Below are positions 24,225 to 36,495 of a stretch of 64,000 bases of DNA, one piece after another. The stretch covers positions 7,998,001 through 8,062,000 of the forward strand of contig OX597821.1 in assembly GCA_951406725.2 (NCBI GenBank). The letters run 5' to 3'. A program made the translations under genes and the position numbers. Within the stretch, counting starts at the first letter, position 1, and each line of letters opens with the position of its first letter. The stretch is from Octopus vulgaris. Its lineage: Eukaryota. The notes under the pieces were generated by a model. It was given only the letters and a program-made list of their open reading frames with translations, did not search any database and was not told where the DNA came from.

Positions 24225-24522
24225 TGCACCATGCCACACAAACAGGGGAACCCAGGCATGGCTGTCAGACAATTTCTGCGACCACATCACTCCTAACATC
24301 TGACCACTTAACTCCCCAGACTGCAACCCTCTTGATTTTTATGTGTGGGGTGTAGTTGAGCGAGAGACCAACAAAACTCCTTGTAACACCAAAGATGAAC
24401 TGAAGGCAAGGATTATGGCAGCATTCACCAAATTAAACAAGGAAACCATCCAGAAGAGTTGCAGGAGATTCTGAAGTCGTCTGAAGGCTGTGGTTGAAGC
24501 CAATGGCAATTTTGTTGAATAA
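24225..24522 (+). mobile_element. Tc1/mariner (DD37D/maT-like) transposase C-terminal pseudo-fragment
   Basis: APCHT...NI*PLNSPDCNPLDFYVWG...RLKAVVEANGNFVE* with internal stops. Confidence 0.8.
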
Positions 24523-24693
24523 ATTTACTCTTTAGTATTTCAAGATATTTAAAGTCCTTCCATGCATGGGTAGGACTGCATATACATATGTATATTTATA
24601 TCTTTATCTGTCTGTCTATCTATCTATCCATCCATCTGTCTATCTGTGTGTGTGTGTAATATATAAATATGCCTCCTTTATATTTGTATCCAG

Positions 24694-24787
24694 GTAAATT
24701 CAGTACCAACTTCACGACTCGAATCAAGACTAATGTAATGATGGACAGCGCCACGCAGATGCGAGAAGATCCACTCTTTGTGATGCG
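24694..24787 (+). CDS. CWC25: CWC25-like coding exon 3 (GKFSTNFTTRIKTNVMMDSATQMREDPLFVMR)
   Basis: Conserved REDPLF motif; CCAG| acceptor, |GTAAGA donor, phases consistent. Confidence 0.92.
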
Positions 24788-27027
24788 GTAAGAAGACAGC
24801 CATTAAATTAAGAAGTTATTTCAATAATGAATGTTACAGAAGCATCAGTTTTAACCCTTTTGATACCTACCTGCCTGAAACCACTCCTGGTTTGATGATA
24901 CAAATTCCATTTTAAAAATGACCTAAATTAAAAATTCCACCAGAATTTCATTTTAGTTTTTATTCCAAACACCATTTTAAGCATGACTGTTATTTTACTA
25001 AATTTTCCATTAGTTTTGAAACTAATTGACACAAAGGCAACATATTTTGACAAAAATACGGTAACAAAAGAGCTAATGCATTTATATATTCTTTTACTTG
25101 TTTCAGTCATTTGACTGTGGCCATACCTGAAGGATTTTAGTTGAACAAATTGACCCCAGGATTTATTTTTTTTAAAAGCTTAGTACTTATTTTATCAGAC
25201 TCTTTTGCTGAACTGCTAAGTTACAGGGACATAAACACACAAACACCAGTTGTCAAGCAGTGATGGGGGACAGATACACACACACACGTATATACGACAG
25301 GCTTCTTTCAGTTTCTACCTACTAAATCCACTCCCAAGGCTTTGGTTGGTTTGAGGCTATAGTAGAAGACACTTGCCCAAGGTGCCATGCACTGGGACTG
25401 AACCCGGAACCATGTGGTTGGGAGGAACCACTTATTCAGTTTCTTTATCTTTTATCTTTTATCTTTTACTTGTTTCAGTCATTGGTCTGCGGTTATATTG
25501 GGGGCACCATTTTGAAGGGTTTCAGTGAAACAAATTGACCCAAGTATTTTTTTTTAGTATGTCTAATACTTATTCTTTCAGTCCCTTTTGCACTACTATT
25601 AAATTTATCTCAATGTAAACAAACCAACACTGGTTGTTAAGTGGTGGGGTGAGACAAACACAGATACACTTGAACACACAATCATACGCACGCGTACGCA
25701 CACACATACACACACAGAGCAGGTTTCTACATATTTCCCGTCTACCAAATTCAATTACAAGGCACTAGTCAGTCCAGAGCTATAATAGAAGAGACTTGTC
25801 CACCGTGTCACACAGTGGGACTGAACCCAAAACCATGTAGTTGCAAACCAAGCCTCTTAACCACACAGTTGTGCCTGCGACTATAGTTGTACATATTTGT
25901 TTACAGTCTAAGTGATTGATTTGCAACCGTCTTGTCTACTTATGGCAGGGCTTCACTTCTGCTGATGATATGCAAAAAGAAAATAGACAGAAATATAACC
26001 AGAGTTATTCCCCCATATTTCCTAAAATAAAAACATCCAACAAAACTATTATATTGAGCATTGGATAATATTTTTGCCATCTTGGCAAGTTATAGGAAGG
26101 CTTCACCTCTGCTGATGACATGCCAAGAGACAAAAAGGCAGAAATATATTTGGAGTTGTCTCCCATATTTCCTATAAAGAAAAGAAACAAAACAAAACAA
26201 ATACTATTGAGTACTGACTAATATTTTTTCCTCCCCTTTTAGATTTTAAATAATACTGTAGATTAAAGGTGCTGACAGTTATTCAACCCTTTAGCATTTA
26301 AACTGGTTATCCAGCTTAAATATTCTACCTGTTCTATGTTCAAACTGGCCGGATCCTGCTGCTCACACCTACTCTTTAATGTCATACTAAAAATAAATGA
26401 TTGCACTTGTGTAATCTTGGAGCCTCAAGATAATGCATGATTAATTCAAAGCAATGTAAGCAAGGTGCCGTGTAAAAAGCATTGGCATGCGTGCTGGTGC
26501 TATGTAAACAACACTGGTGATAGTTACAAATTAAAAAGCACCCAGTATACTCTGTGGAATGGTTGGCATTAGGAAAGACATCCAACCATAACAACCAAAC
26601 CAAAACAAACCATGGAACCTGGTGTAGCTCCTGGCCTTGCCACTTCCTGTCAAGCCATCCAACCCATGCCAGCATGGAAAATGGACATTAAATGTTGATG
26701 TTTAGCATTCAGAATGTATCATCATCATCATCATCATCATCAAGCGGACGTTAAACGATAATGATGATACATTCAACTGAGTAGTCTGAATGCTAAAGGG
26801 TTAGCTAATGTTTTAAGGTTAGGTAATGTGTCATCATTATCATCATCATCGTTTAACGTCCGCTTTCTATGCTGGCATGGGTTGGACGGTTTGACAGAAC
26901 TGGTTCAATCTGTTCTGGCAGTTTCTACAGCTGGATGCCCTTCATAACACCGACCACTCCAAGAGTGTTGTGGGTGCTTTTTACTTGTACTTTGTTATTG
27001 AATATATGAAAACATGCATATACACAC

Positions 27028-27064
<37 letters not shown>

Positions 27065-27445
27065 TGTGCACGGCCTTTGGTTATGGTATTGAGACCACAG
27101 TCATAAGTACTTGTGTTCAATTCCTGGACTGGCAGTCACATTGTGTCCGTGAGCAGGGCACTTCATGTGTCTGTAGGACTACATTATTCAATGTAATTTC
27201 TTTTCATAAAATATTAAGGTGTGATATGTATTAAGATGTGTCTGCTATTTCTAGCAGTTTGAGCAACCACGTAGTGTTTTTCTTGATGCCTGACATGTAT
27301 GTTATTGACAACCACAGTCATAACAGTGATGTAATATTGATTATAAATACAAATCCTAGAAAACTAAAGAATTTTGTGTTGCTATTGAAATGAACAGATG
27401 TATTGAATTCTTTGTTTCTTAGAGTTCTCTTTGTGTTTTTTAAAG

Positions 27446-27515
27446 GAAACAGGAGGAAGAAGCACGGCGCAGGATTTTGGACAACCCAATTAAAATGAAA
27501 CAAATTCAAAAAATG
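27446..27515 (+). CDS. CWC25: CWC25-like coding exon 4 (KQEEEARRRILDNPIKMKQIQKM)
   Basis: Matches the Cwc25 KKEEEKKREVLNNPVKMKKI segment; AG/GT boundaries. Confidence 0.9.
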
Positions 27516-27854
27516 GTAAAGAGTAAAAAAGTATTGTTGTCATTATCATTATTGATGTTTAGTGCCCCACCCATCCTTGGCCAATTCTGATTGAGCAGGC
27601 CTATGGTCAAAGATGTTCCAGCATCTGATAATAGATTAGTAATAATAATAATACTGTTCAAATTTTGCTACAAGACCAACAACTTCTGGGAAGTGGGTAA
27701 GTTGATTGGATCAACCTCAGCACTCTAATTGAATTTGAACTCAGAACGTAAAGACAGATGAAATGCTACTAAGCATATTGCCTTGTCTGCTAATGATTCT
27801 GCTAGCTCGCTGCCTTCATGATAATGATGATGATGATGATAAATAATAATAACG

Positions 27855-27900
<46 letters not shown>

Positions 27901-27931
27901 TAATAATGATAATAATAATAGACAATACAAA

Positions 27932-28838
27932 GAGCGCAGTGCAATTTCAATAGATGTTTTATTGGTTTGAATGATATTTCATCAGCTTGCCTGTCTTTGT
28001 CAAGTTCAAAGTGCAAAGCAATACATAAAAATTCAAAATTATAGAAATTCAAATTCAAAAGTTTGAATGAGAGCAACTTGTGTTCCCACGTTGATGGAAT
28101 GACATCATCAGACTTCAATTTTACAACAGTCAAAAAGAAAAAGAATATTTAATCAAACAGTTTTATGTAAATATGAAATTCCCCTGTCATTTTGTTCATC
28201 CCTTCAGAGCGTGATGTTAATAACTCACAAACATATTTCTTCTCATGCATTTTGAGGACTGAAAGTGTAGCAGAGTCAGAATATTTTCTGAGAATCTGCG
28301 CTTTCAAGTCTTTTTCAAAATTGCAGCCATTTGATATAAAATGTTCATCAAGTTCTGTTATTGTGCCTGACGTCATATCTGTGCCCATTGAATATTTTGT
28401 TTAATTGTTCTGTTGTACAAACAACATAAATCAAGTTCTGTTTGGTGCATTCTGGTGTGTACACCAAATGGGAATCTCTACACATGTAGATATCAAAATG
28501 CATGAGAAGAAATATGTTTCTGAGTTATTAACATTATGTCCTGAAGGGATGAACAAAACGACAGGGAAATTTCATCATATTTACACAAAGCTGTTTGATT
28601 GAATATTCTTCTTTTTCCTTTTCTTTTTTCTCTCCATTTTTCTTTCTTTTTGACAGTTGTAAAATTGAAAATTGAAGTCTGATGATGTCATTCTGTCAAC
28701 GTGGAAACACAGGTTTCCCTCATTCAAACTCTTTTGAATTTCTGTATATCACTTTTCATTTTGAACTTGACAAAGACAGGCAAGCAGTCAAAATATTGTT
28801 CAAACCAATAAAATATCTATTGAAATTGCATTGTGCTC
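27932..28838. mobile_element. Long-TIR (~325 bp) non-autonomous DNA transposon with GAG...CTC termini (Sola-like)
   Basis: 27932-28256 is the reverse complement of about 28493-28838. The termini read GAGCGCAGTGCAATTTC / GAAATTGCATTGTGCTC. Family assignment is tentative. Confidence 0.7.
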
Positions 28839-29241
28839 TTCATATTTATTTACCTTTGTGAGGAGTTATGTCAATATTAAAAAAAACAAAAAAAATTATA
28901 ATAATAATATACTCATCATCATCATTAACCCATATGGGGATAATAGGCAAAGTTGACTTTGAATGGAGTTTGAACTCAGAATATGAAGAGTCAGAGTAAA
29001 TAATGCAACACATTTTTCTGCCTGGAAAATCTGTGGTTTACTTGCCTAAGATTTCATGCCTATTAAATGTTTGAACTGATTGGATAACTTGGTGATGCTT
29101 AAAACTATTTTACTAAACCTGGGCGGTAGTGGTGGAGGAGCACATGATATAGAATGCTGCTTATGGGTCACATTATAAATTTGAGTATTTTTATTCAGTG
29201 ATGGAACCTTTCTCTCTCTCTCTCTCTCTCTATTTTTCTAG

Positions 29242-29466
29242 CTCAAAAGCCAGAAAAAACCTCACAAGTCCAAGAAACACAAGAAGAGCAAAAAGAAAAA
29301 GAAATACCATGACTCTGACTCTGACTCTGACTCCTCGTCATCAGACTCGTCAGATGAATTAGTGAAGGCTTATCTGGCCATTGTTAAAAAGAAGAATAAA
29401 GACCAGTGTGATGAAGAGCAGAATCCAGTTGACAAGATGCAGAAGTCTTCACATTATGGATTGATT
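29242..29466 (+). CDS. CWC25: CWC25-like coding exon 5 (Lys-rich and Ser/Asp-rich region ending HYGLI)
   Basis: 225-nt open phase-0 exon; KKHKK...SDSDS and YGL motif as in CWC25; |GTAAGT donor. Confidence 0.9.
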
Positions 29467-29615
29467 GTAAGTTCAGAAATAATAAACAGTTTCTAAATTA
29501 GGCACAAAGACAGTGGTTTTGAGGTCTGGAGTTGATTATATTCGCCCCACACACACCTCCAGTGTTTTATTTTCACCTACTCTGAGCAAATGAAAGAATA
29601 ATAATAATAATAATA

Positions 29616-29776
29616 GTCATACAAAAAATAGCACTACTAGACATCGCACACGTCCTACCTAAAACACTTTCAAGACACTAAAAATCAGAGCACCACAACA
29701 AACCACAGCACATACCCAAAGCACAAAGAGCTGTGCTCGGTAGTGCAGTGAAAGCATGTGATAAAAATAAGACTAC

Positions 29777-29780
<4 letters not shown>
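29616..29780 (+). mobile_element. R4/Dong retrotransposon 3' end inserted in (TAA)n
   Basis: IQKIALLDIAHVLPKTLS* resembles IQK.ALLGTAHILRK.L; (AAT)n lies on both sides. Confidence 0.7.
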
Positions 29781-29839
<59 letters not shown>

Positions 29840-31057
29840 GATATCTAGATCAACAGCATAAATATAATGAAATGTGATTTCACACCTGTGGAAATATGAG
29901 TAATGCAGATTACATCAATATGTCATTTATGTGTGTGTGTGTGTGTGTGTGTACTATTTTTTTGCAGTGTGGTATATAGAGTGTGACATATAACCAATGT
30001 TTAGAACACCATTTGTTCAATTATAGATTGAAAGTCCCATTTGTGAAGAGAAATATAAACATTAATCGCTAGTGCTGTGGAAATCAGTAAACCATGATTC
30101 TCTCAGATTGCTATTAGTATTGAATAAATATAAAATCTTATCCCCATTCTATATATATACCATGTTAAATGCATCCAGTCCACACTGTGAAGTGGTTGGC
30201 ATTTGGAAGGGCATCCAGCTGTAAAAACCTCACAAGTCTCTGCTTGTCCCACATAAAAAGCACTCAGTCCTCCTTGCTGGGTGGTTGGTGTTAGGAATGG
30301 CATTCAGCTGTAAAAATCCTGCCAAAACAAGCACAAGGCTTCTGCTTGGCCATCTGTTAAACCATCCAACCCATGCCAACATGGAAGGCGGACATTAAAC
30401 GATTATGATGATACACACACACATATATATCTGATATAGAAATTTAAACTCCCTATAATTGTTGTTGTTGCTGTTGTATATGATTTTTTTCTCTCTGTTT
30501 ATGTTTTTGTATTTGTATCTATTGTTTGTGTCTATGCATTCATTTTTTCCGCTGTTAGTTGTGTTGTTTTTGTTGCTACGGTTGTTATTGCTGCGGTCAT
30601 TATTATATTAAATTGAACTCTTCTGGTAGTAGGACATCTGAGGATGTTGGTACAGAATCGATGAGCTTTTACCTTCCTTGAGTTGTCTCCAATGTTCATT
30701 TACCCGCTCTCCTATGCTATATATATCATCATCATCATCATCATCATTTAACGTCCGCTTACCATCCGAGCGTGGCCGTCTGCCAGCCTCGTCTGGCACC
30801 TGTGTCGGTGGCACATAAAAAACACCATCCGAGCGTGGCCGTCTGCCAGCCTCGTCTGGCACCTGTGTCGGTGGCACATAAAATCACCCACTACACTCTC
30901 AGAGTGGTTGGCGTTAGGAAGGGCATCCAGCTGTAGAAACACTGCCAGATCTGACTGGCCTGGTGCAGCCTTCGGGCTCCCCAGACCCCAGTTGAACCGT
31001 CCAACCCATGCTAGCATGGAAAGCGGACGTTAAACGATGATGATGATGATGATGATG

Positions 31058-31088
<31 letters not shown>

Positions 31089-31098
31089 TTCTTTTCAG

Positions 31099-31352
31099 AA
31101 GAGCAGTTCTAGCCACCAGTCTTCAGAAAGAAATGCTCCTCGGTCAGGCCACTCTCATATCTCCCACAGTAACAGTCCTGAGAAGGATGAGGAAAAGTAC
31201 AAGCATAAACACAAGTCTCACCACTCGCACAGAGATTCTTCATCGAAACACGCACACGATAGCTTTAGCTCTCAGTCGAAATCAAGCGACCATGGACAAT
31301 CTAGATCAGCGTCATCACACACGAGACATCGAAGTCGGTCACCTCCAACAAA
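31099..31352 (+). CDS. CWC25: CWC25-like coding exon 6 (Ser/His/Arg-rich, ...RHRSRSPPT)
   Basis: TTTTCAG| acceptor, open frame, RS-like region, AA|GTAAGT donor. Confidence 0.88.
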
Positions 31353-31878
31353 GTAAGTTGTTAGGGCTCAACCATTTTTGGTTAATTTTGTTCATAGGTG
31401 CAGATGTGGCTGAGTTGTAAGAAGCTTGCTTCCCAACCCCAAGGTTCCAGGTTCAGTCCCACTGTGTGGCACCTTGGGCAAGTGTCTTCTACTTTAGCCT
31501 TGGGCTGACAAAAGCCTTGTAAGTGGATTTGGTAGATGGAAATTGAACGAAACCTGTCGTATATGTGTGTGTGTATATATGTATTTATATATGCATGTGT
31601 GTGTGTATGTATATATATATATATATATGCATGTGTGTGTGTCTTTGTGTCTGTGTTTGTTCCCCACCACTGCTTGACCGCTGTGTTTGGTGTGTTTATG
31701 TTCTTGTAACTTAGCAGTTTGGCAAAAGAGACCAATAGAATAAGTACCAGGCTTTAAAAAAAAAAGAGCTCTGGGGTTGACTTCAAGACGATGTCCCAGC
31801 ATGGCTGCAGTCAAATAACAGAAGCGAGTCAAAGGTAAAAGATAAAAAGTAACAAAAAAGAGAATCCAATACACACAA

Positions 31879-32290
31879 TAGGTACAGGAGTGGCTGTGTG
31901 GTAAGTGGCTTGTTTACCAGTACATGGTTCTGGGTTCAGTCCCACTGCGTGGCACCTTGGGCAAGTGTCTTCTACTATAGCCTCAGGCCGACCAAAGCCT
32001 TGTGAGTGGATTTGGTAGACAGAAACTGAAAGAAGCCCGTCGTATATATGCATATATCTATATGTGTGTGTGTTTGGGTGTCTGTGTTTGTCCCCCCAAC
32101 ATCGCTTGACAACTGATGCTGGTGTGTTTACGTCCTCGTAACTTAGCGGTTCGGCAAAAGAGACCGATAGAATAAGTACTAGGCTTACAAAGAATAAGTC
32201 CCAGGGTCGATTTGCTTGACTAAAGGTGGTGCTCCAGCATAGCCACGGTCAAATGACTAAAACAAGTAAAAGAGTAAAATGAGTAAAGAG
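31879..32290 (+). mobile_element. tRNA-derived SINE (dominant family), in tandem with an older copy at 31396-31840
   Basis: Full-length copy. Confidence 0.85.
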
Positions 32291-32654
32291 TACAAGAAAT
32301 GTTAAGTGAATATTTAGTGTTGTTGCCATTCGGTTGTATTTTATATATTTAACATCAGGCTGTGCTTTTCCCCCCCATTTCCGCTTGACTATCAGTGTTG
32401 GTTTGTTTATGTCGCCATAACTTAGCGGTTTGGCAGAAGAAACTGATAGAATAAGTACTAGGCTAAATAAAAGTCCTATTCTTTTCATTGTTTCAGTCAT
32501 TTGACTGTGGCCGTGCTGAAGCACTGCCTTTATTCGAACAAATTTGACCCCAGGACTTATTCTTTGTAAGCCTAGTACTTATTCTATTGGCCTCTTTTGC
32601 TGAACTGATATTTGGGGACAAATACAGACATGCGAGCACACACACACGCACACA

Positions 32655-32698
<44 letters not shown>

Positions 32699-33292
32699 AT
32701 GGGCTTCTTTCAGTTTCCGTCTACAAAATCCACTCACAAGGCTAGGTTTTGGTTGGCCCAAGGCTATAGTAGAAGACCCCCAAGGTCCCACCCTTTGAGA
32801 CTGAACCAGGAACCATGTGGTTGGGAAGTATGCTCCTTACCACACAGCCACGCCTACACCTGGTTGTTTTGTTTGATTAAAAAACCTTGCAAGGTGGTGC
32901 CCCAGCATGGCCACATTCAAAATGACTGAACGAGTAAATGATGAAAGATAAAACATATCTTGGTCATTGGAAGCGGAGTATCACTCCTGGTACTGTTGTA
33001 GGGTGGGTGTGTCTCTTAGACTGGTGATAGTAAGAGGAAAGGTAGTAAGAAACCACAATTTTTAGGTTTATTCTCAGACTTCCAAGATCTTGTGTGAAAG
33101 TTTACTACAGCATGGCCTTTGATAAATGTACCTGAAGGAACCATGTGGTGTTGAGACATGTGATGGTATAGTCAAATCAGTTGAAGAATTAGAAGAAAAG
33201 TTCCAAGATGAAAGCAAAGTCTAGATTGATTGCATTTAAGAAAATTTCTTTAAATAATTGTAATTTTTTTTTTGTCTGGTTTTTCTTTCCAG

Positions 33293-33451
33293 GAAATTAA
33301 ATGCGAGTGATCGTGAGAAAAAACTTCAAGAAATGATGTCTGACGCTAAATGGCGCTCTGATGTCCGAGCACATAATGTCAAAGTTTATGAGAAAGAATG
33401 TGAGCTTGATGAGAAGAATACTCACAAAGGAAGCAGTTCGGATTTTCTAAA
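33293..33451 (+). CDS. CWC25: CWC25-like coding exon 7 (KLNASDREKKLQEMMSDAKWRSDVRAHNV...)
   Basis: Matches the CWC25 KLSAEELERKRQEMMENAKWR motif; canonical splice sites. Confidence 0.92.
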
Positions 33452-33789
33452 GTAAGCCGTTTTTTCATTATTTGTCAAGTTGCCTTATTTGGCAGTTCTA
33501 TTATTTATAGAGATGCTTTATCTGCTGGTTCTATTAATTATTTGTAGAATTGCCTCATTTGTTATTTCTGTTAATTATTTACTGAGTTACCTTGTTTGGC
33601 AGTTCTATAGTTATGTGTAGTGCAGCCTTAGCTTCTATCCCAATCACTTTTTCCATTGAGCAATAAAAATGTAATGAATTCTGTTTTTGCAGGCACCTTG
33701 ACCTTTAAAGTATATTCTTGTATGTGGGAACGGTATTGCTTAGACTGCTAACAACACTAGTTTGTTGCTAACCATATTTTGCTCCTTTA

Positions 33790-34200
33790 GGTGCTAACTT
33801 TACTAACTTGTTCAGTTGTTAATCCCATCAAAACTCTATCATATCTTCAGTTACTAAGTTTCCCTGTAAAGAAAATTATTTCATTGATTGCTAATGTTAC
33901 TTCTCTGGTTGCTAATCCTATTAACACTGCTTATCTTTTCAGTTGCTAACCTGCTTACTTGTTCAGTTGATAATCCTATTAAAAACCCAACTGTTTCTTT
34001 AGTTGCTAACCTGGATACATATTTAGTTTATAATCCCAATATAAGCCCTACTTTTTCAGTTGTTAATCTGGTTACTCACTTAGTTAATAATCTCATCAAA
34101 GACCCTACTAGTTCTTCAGTTGCTAACCTTCTCTGTTAACAACATTGTCTTGTTTAGTTGCTAAAGTTTATTACATCTACTGTTGTTAATCACATTAACA
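33790..34200. repeat. Degenerate ~60-bp minisatellite in the last CWC25-like intron
   Basis: Recurring (TTC/TTT)AGTTGCTAA(C/T)C; ~20-codon periodicity in ORF 33888-34139. Confidence 0.55.
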
Positions 34201-34221
34201 ATGTCTCTGTCTCTTTTACAG

Positions 34222-34336
34222 CCCCATGATGTCACAACATGCCTCTCAGAGTAGTGTTGAAGAGAGAATCCGGAGAAACAAATACAACATCCAGAGAACT
34301 AAATCACAGTTAAATGCTAACTTTACAAAGAGATAA
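34222..34336 (+). CDS. CWC25: CWC25-like terminal coding exon (PMMSQHASQSSVEERIRRNKYNIQRTKSQLNANFTKR*)
   Basis: Matches the CWC25 C-terminus SSLEDRVKRNIYSLQRT...NFMKR; stop TAA at 34334-34336. Confidence 0.92.
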
Positions 34337-34356
34337 AAAAAACAAAAAAACTTGTA

Positions 34357-34362
34357 AATAAA
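34357..34362 (+). terminator. Polyadenylation signal AATAAA of the CWC25-like gene
   Basis: AATAAA 20 nt after the stop codon, with a T/GT-rich tract downstream. Confidence 0.55.
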
Positions 34363-34517
34363 ATACATGCAGTCATCATCCTTAACCTAGTTACAATTTT
34401 TTGTGTCCAGAGTTCAAATCCTGCTAAAGTGTTTTGTCTTTCATATCTCCTGTGGTCAATAAAATGAAATGCCAGCTAAATACTACTGTAGATAGGTAAA
34501 TAAAATTGACTCTTATA

Positions 34518-34640
34518 CCTCCATCCTCCCCTCCATCCCCCTCCTCCCCTCCACCCCTCCTCCCCTCCTCCCCTCCTCCCCTCCTCCCCTCCTCCCCTCC
34601 TCCCCTCCATCCCCCTCCTCCCCTCCATCCCCCTCCTCCT
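34518..34640. repeat. Pyrimidine-rich (CCCCTCCT/CCCCTCCAT)n tract
   Basis: About 120 bp of almost pure C/T on the + strand, giving G-runs on the - strand. Confidence 0.9.
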
Positions 34641-34994
34641 AAACTTGCTGGCCTTTAAAGCGTTATTATAAATGAAAGAAAGGCAGAGAGACATCAGAAT
34701 TGGTTAAGGGTTGGATTTTATGCCTTCAGTAATTTAGCTGCATATCTTTGCATTCTGAGTTCAAAATCCAACTGTAGATGACTTTCCCTTTCAAATTTTT
34801 AATTGATGAAAAAAAAAATCACTTAAGTACTGGAAGGTTGGTCTTAGGCCAACAGGTCTTGGGGTCTGATGCTATGCCATAAAGTTAAACCCTTTATGGA
34901 TGGATCATCCCATAAACTGGCCTTCACCAGTAATATATATAGACTGCTCTGCCTCTTAGAGTGTGCTTCTCTGGATTTATGTTTTTCCTAGATG

Positions 34995-35762
34995 TGTAAT
35001 GTCAGTGTGCACACACGACAGAGTGTAAGCGCCCTGAGAGAAATGCTGGACATATTGGAAGCATCGGATGTGGCATGCAAGAGAGACGTTTGTGCTGGGA
35101 TGGTCATGTACTACAGATGGATGAGGAGAGATGTGTGAAGAAGTGCCACTCCCAAACAGTTGAAGGAATCCGGGGTAGAGGTAGACCCAGGAAGACATGG
35201 GATGAGGTGGTCAAGCATGACCTTTGAACGTTGGGCCTCACAGACGCAATGACGAAAGACGGAGATCTCTGGAGATATGCTGTGACTGCGAAGACCCGAC
35301 AAATAACGTGAGTTCATAGTTGTTTCCTGCACCAGTTTCACATAGCAGCCCCAGCCCATCCAAAGCACCTTAGATCACAGAACAGCCTGTTGTGCTTACC
35401 TTGGATTGTAGGGCGACCTGCTGTGCTTGAGGAGACCTATTGAGTCAAGTACATCAACATCAAAATAAATATCAAATGGAAATTGTAGTTGTGATACCTG
35501 TGCCGATGGCACATAAGAAGCACTATCCAAATGCCGGTGGCATGTAAAAAGCACCAACTAATTGTGGCCGCTGCCAGCCTCCCCTGGCACGTAAAAAGCA
35601 CCCACTACACTAACAGAGTGGTTGGCGTTAGGAAGGGCATCCAGCTGTAGAAACACTGCCAGATCAGACTGGAGCCTGGTGCAGCCTCCTGGCTTCCCAG
35701 ACCCCGGTCGAACTGTCCAACGCATGCTAGCATGGAAAACGGATGTTAATGATGATGATGAT
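34995..35762 (+). mobile_element. RTE-type LINE 3' fragment with 3' UTR and (GAT)n tail
   Basis: Degenerate R..W.GHV...GRGRPRKTWDEVV motif, followed by the abundant UTR ending in GATGATGAT. Confidence 0.75.
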
Positions 35763-36084
35763 TAGCATGTAAGAAGTCCTCTCAAGGGTTTTCTCTCCGT
35801 GTATAAATCTTTATACACACTTATAAAAAATATTTTATGTCTTATGACTTTTATTACACATGCGAACCACTGGTAATAAATTATTTTAATTTTTTACCCC
35901 TATGCAGTAAAATTTACCAATTCTTAGGCCATATAGTGCACAATTTAAATTTATTTACTGATGTGCTATTCTTACTACACTCGCACACTAAGTTTGAATC
36001 CTTAATTTATAAAGATGGAGCTGTCTTGCACATTTGTTTGCCTTTAGTGGTCCTACTGATGAGCTACAGATACCAAAACTACAG

Positions 36085-36495
36085 ATAAGCGCAGGAGTGG
36101 CTGTGTGGTAAGTAGCTTGCTAACCAACCACATGGTTCCGGGTTCAGTCCCACTGCATGGCATCTTGGGCAAGTGTCTTCTGCTATGGCCCAGGGCCAAC
36201 CAATGCCTTGTGAGTGGATTTGATAGACGGAAACTGAAAAAAGCCTGTCGTATATATGTATATATATATATGTGTGTGTTTGTGTGTCTGTGTTTGTCCT
36301 CCTAGCATTGCTTGACAACTGATGCTGGTGTGTTTACGTCCCCGTCACTTAGCGGTTCGGCAAAAGAGACTGATAGAATAAGTACTGGGCTTACAAAGAA
36401 TAAGTCCTGGTGTCGATTTGCTCGACTAAAGGCGGTGCTCCAGCATGGCCACAGTAAAATGACTGAAACAAGTAAAAGAGTAAAAAGAGTAAAGA
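36085..36495 (+). mobile_element. tRNA-derived SINE (dominant family)
   Basis: Full-length copy. Confidence 0.88.

Noticed and set aside
33888-34139. ORF with 20-aa periodicity, as an alternative CWC25 exon
   Set aside because: Frameshifts between repeat units and no phase-compatible splice sites; better explained as a decayed minisatellite.
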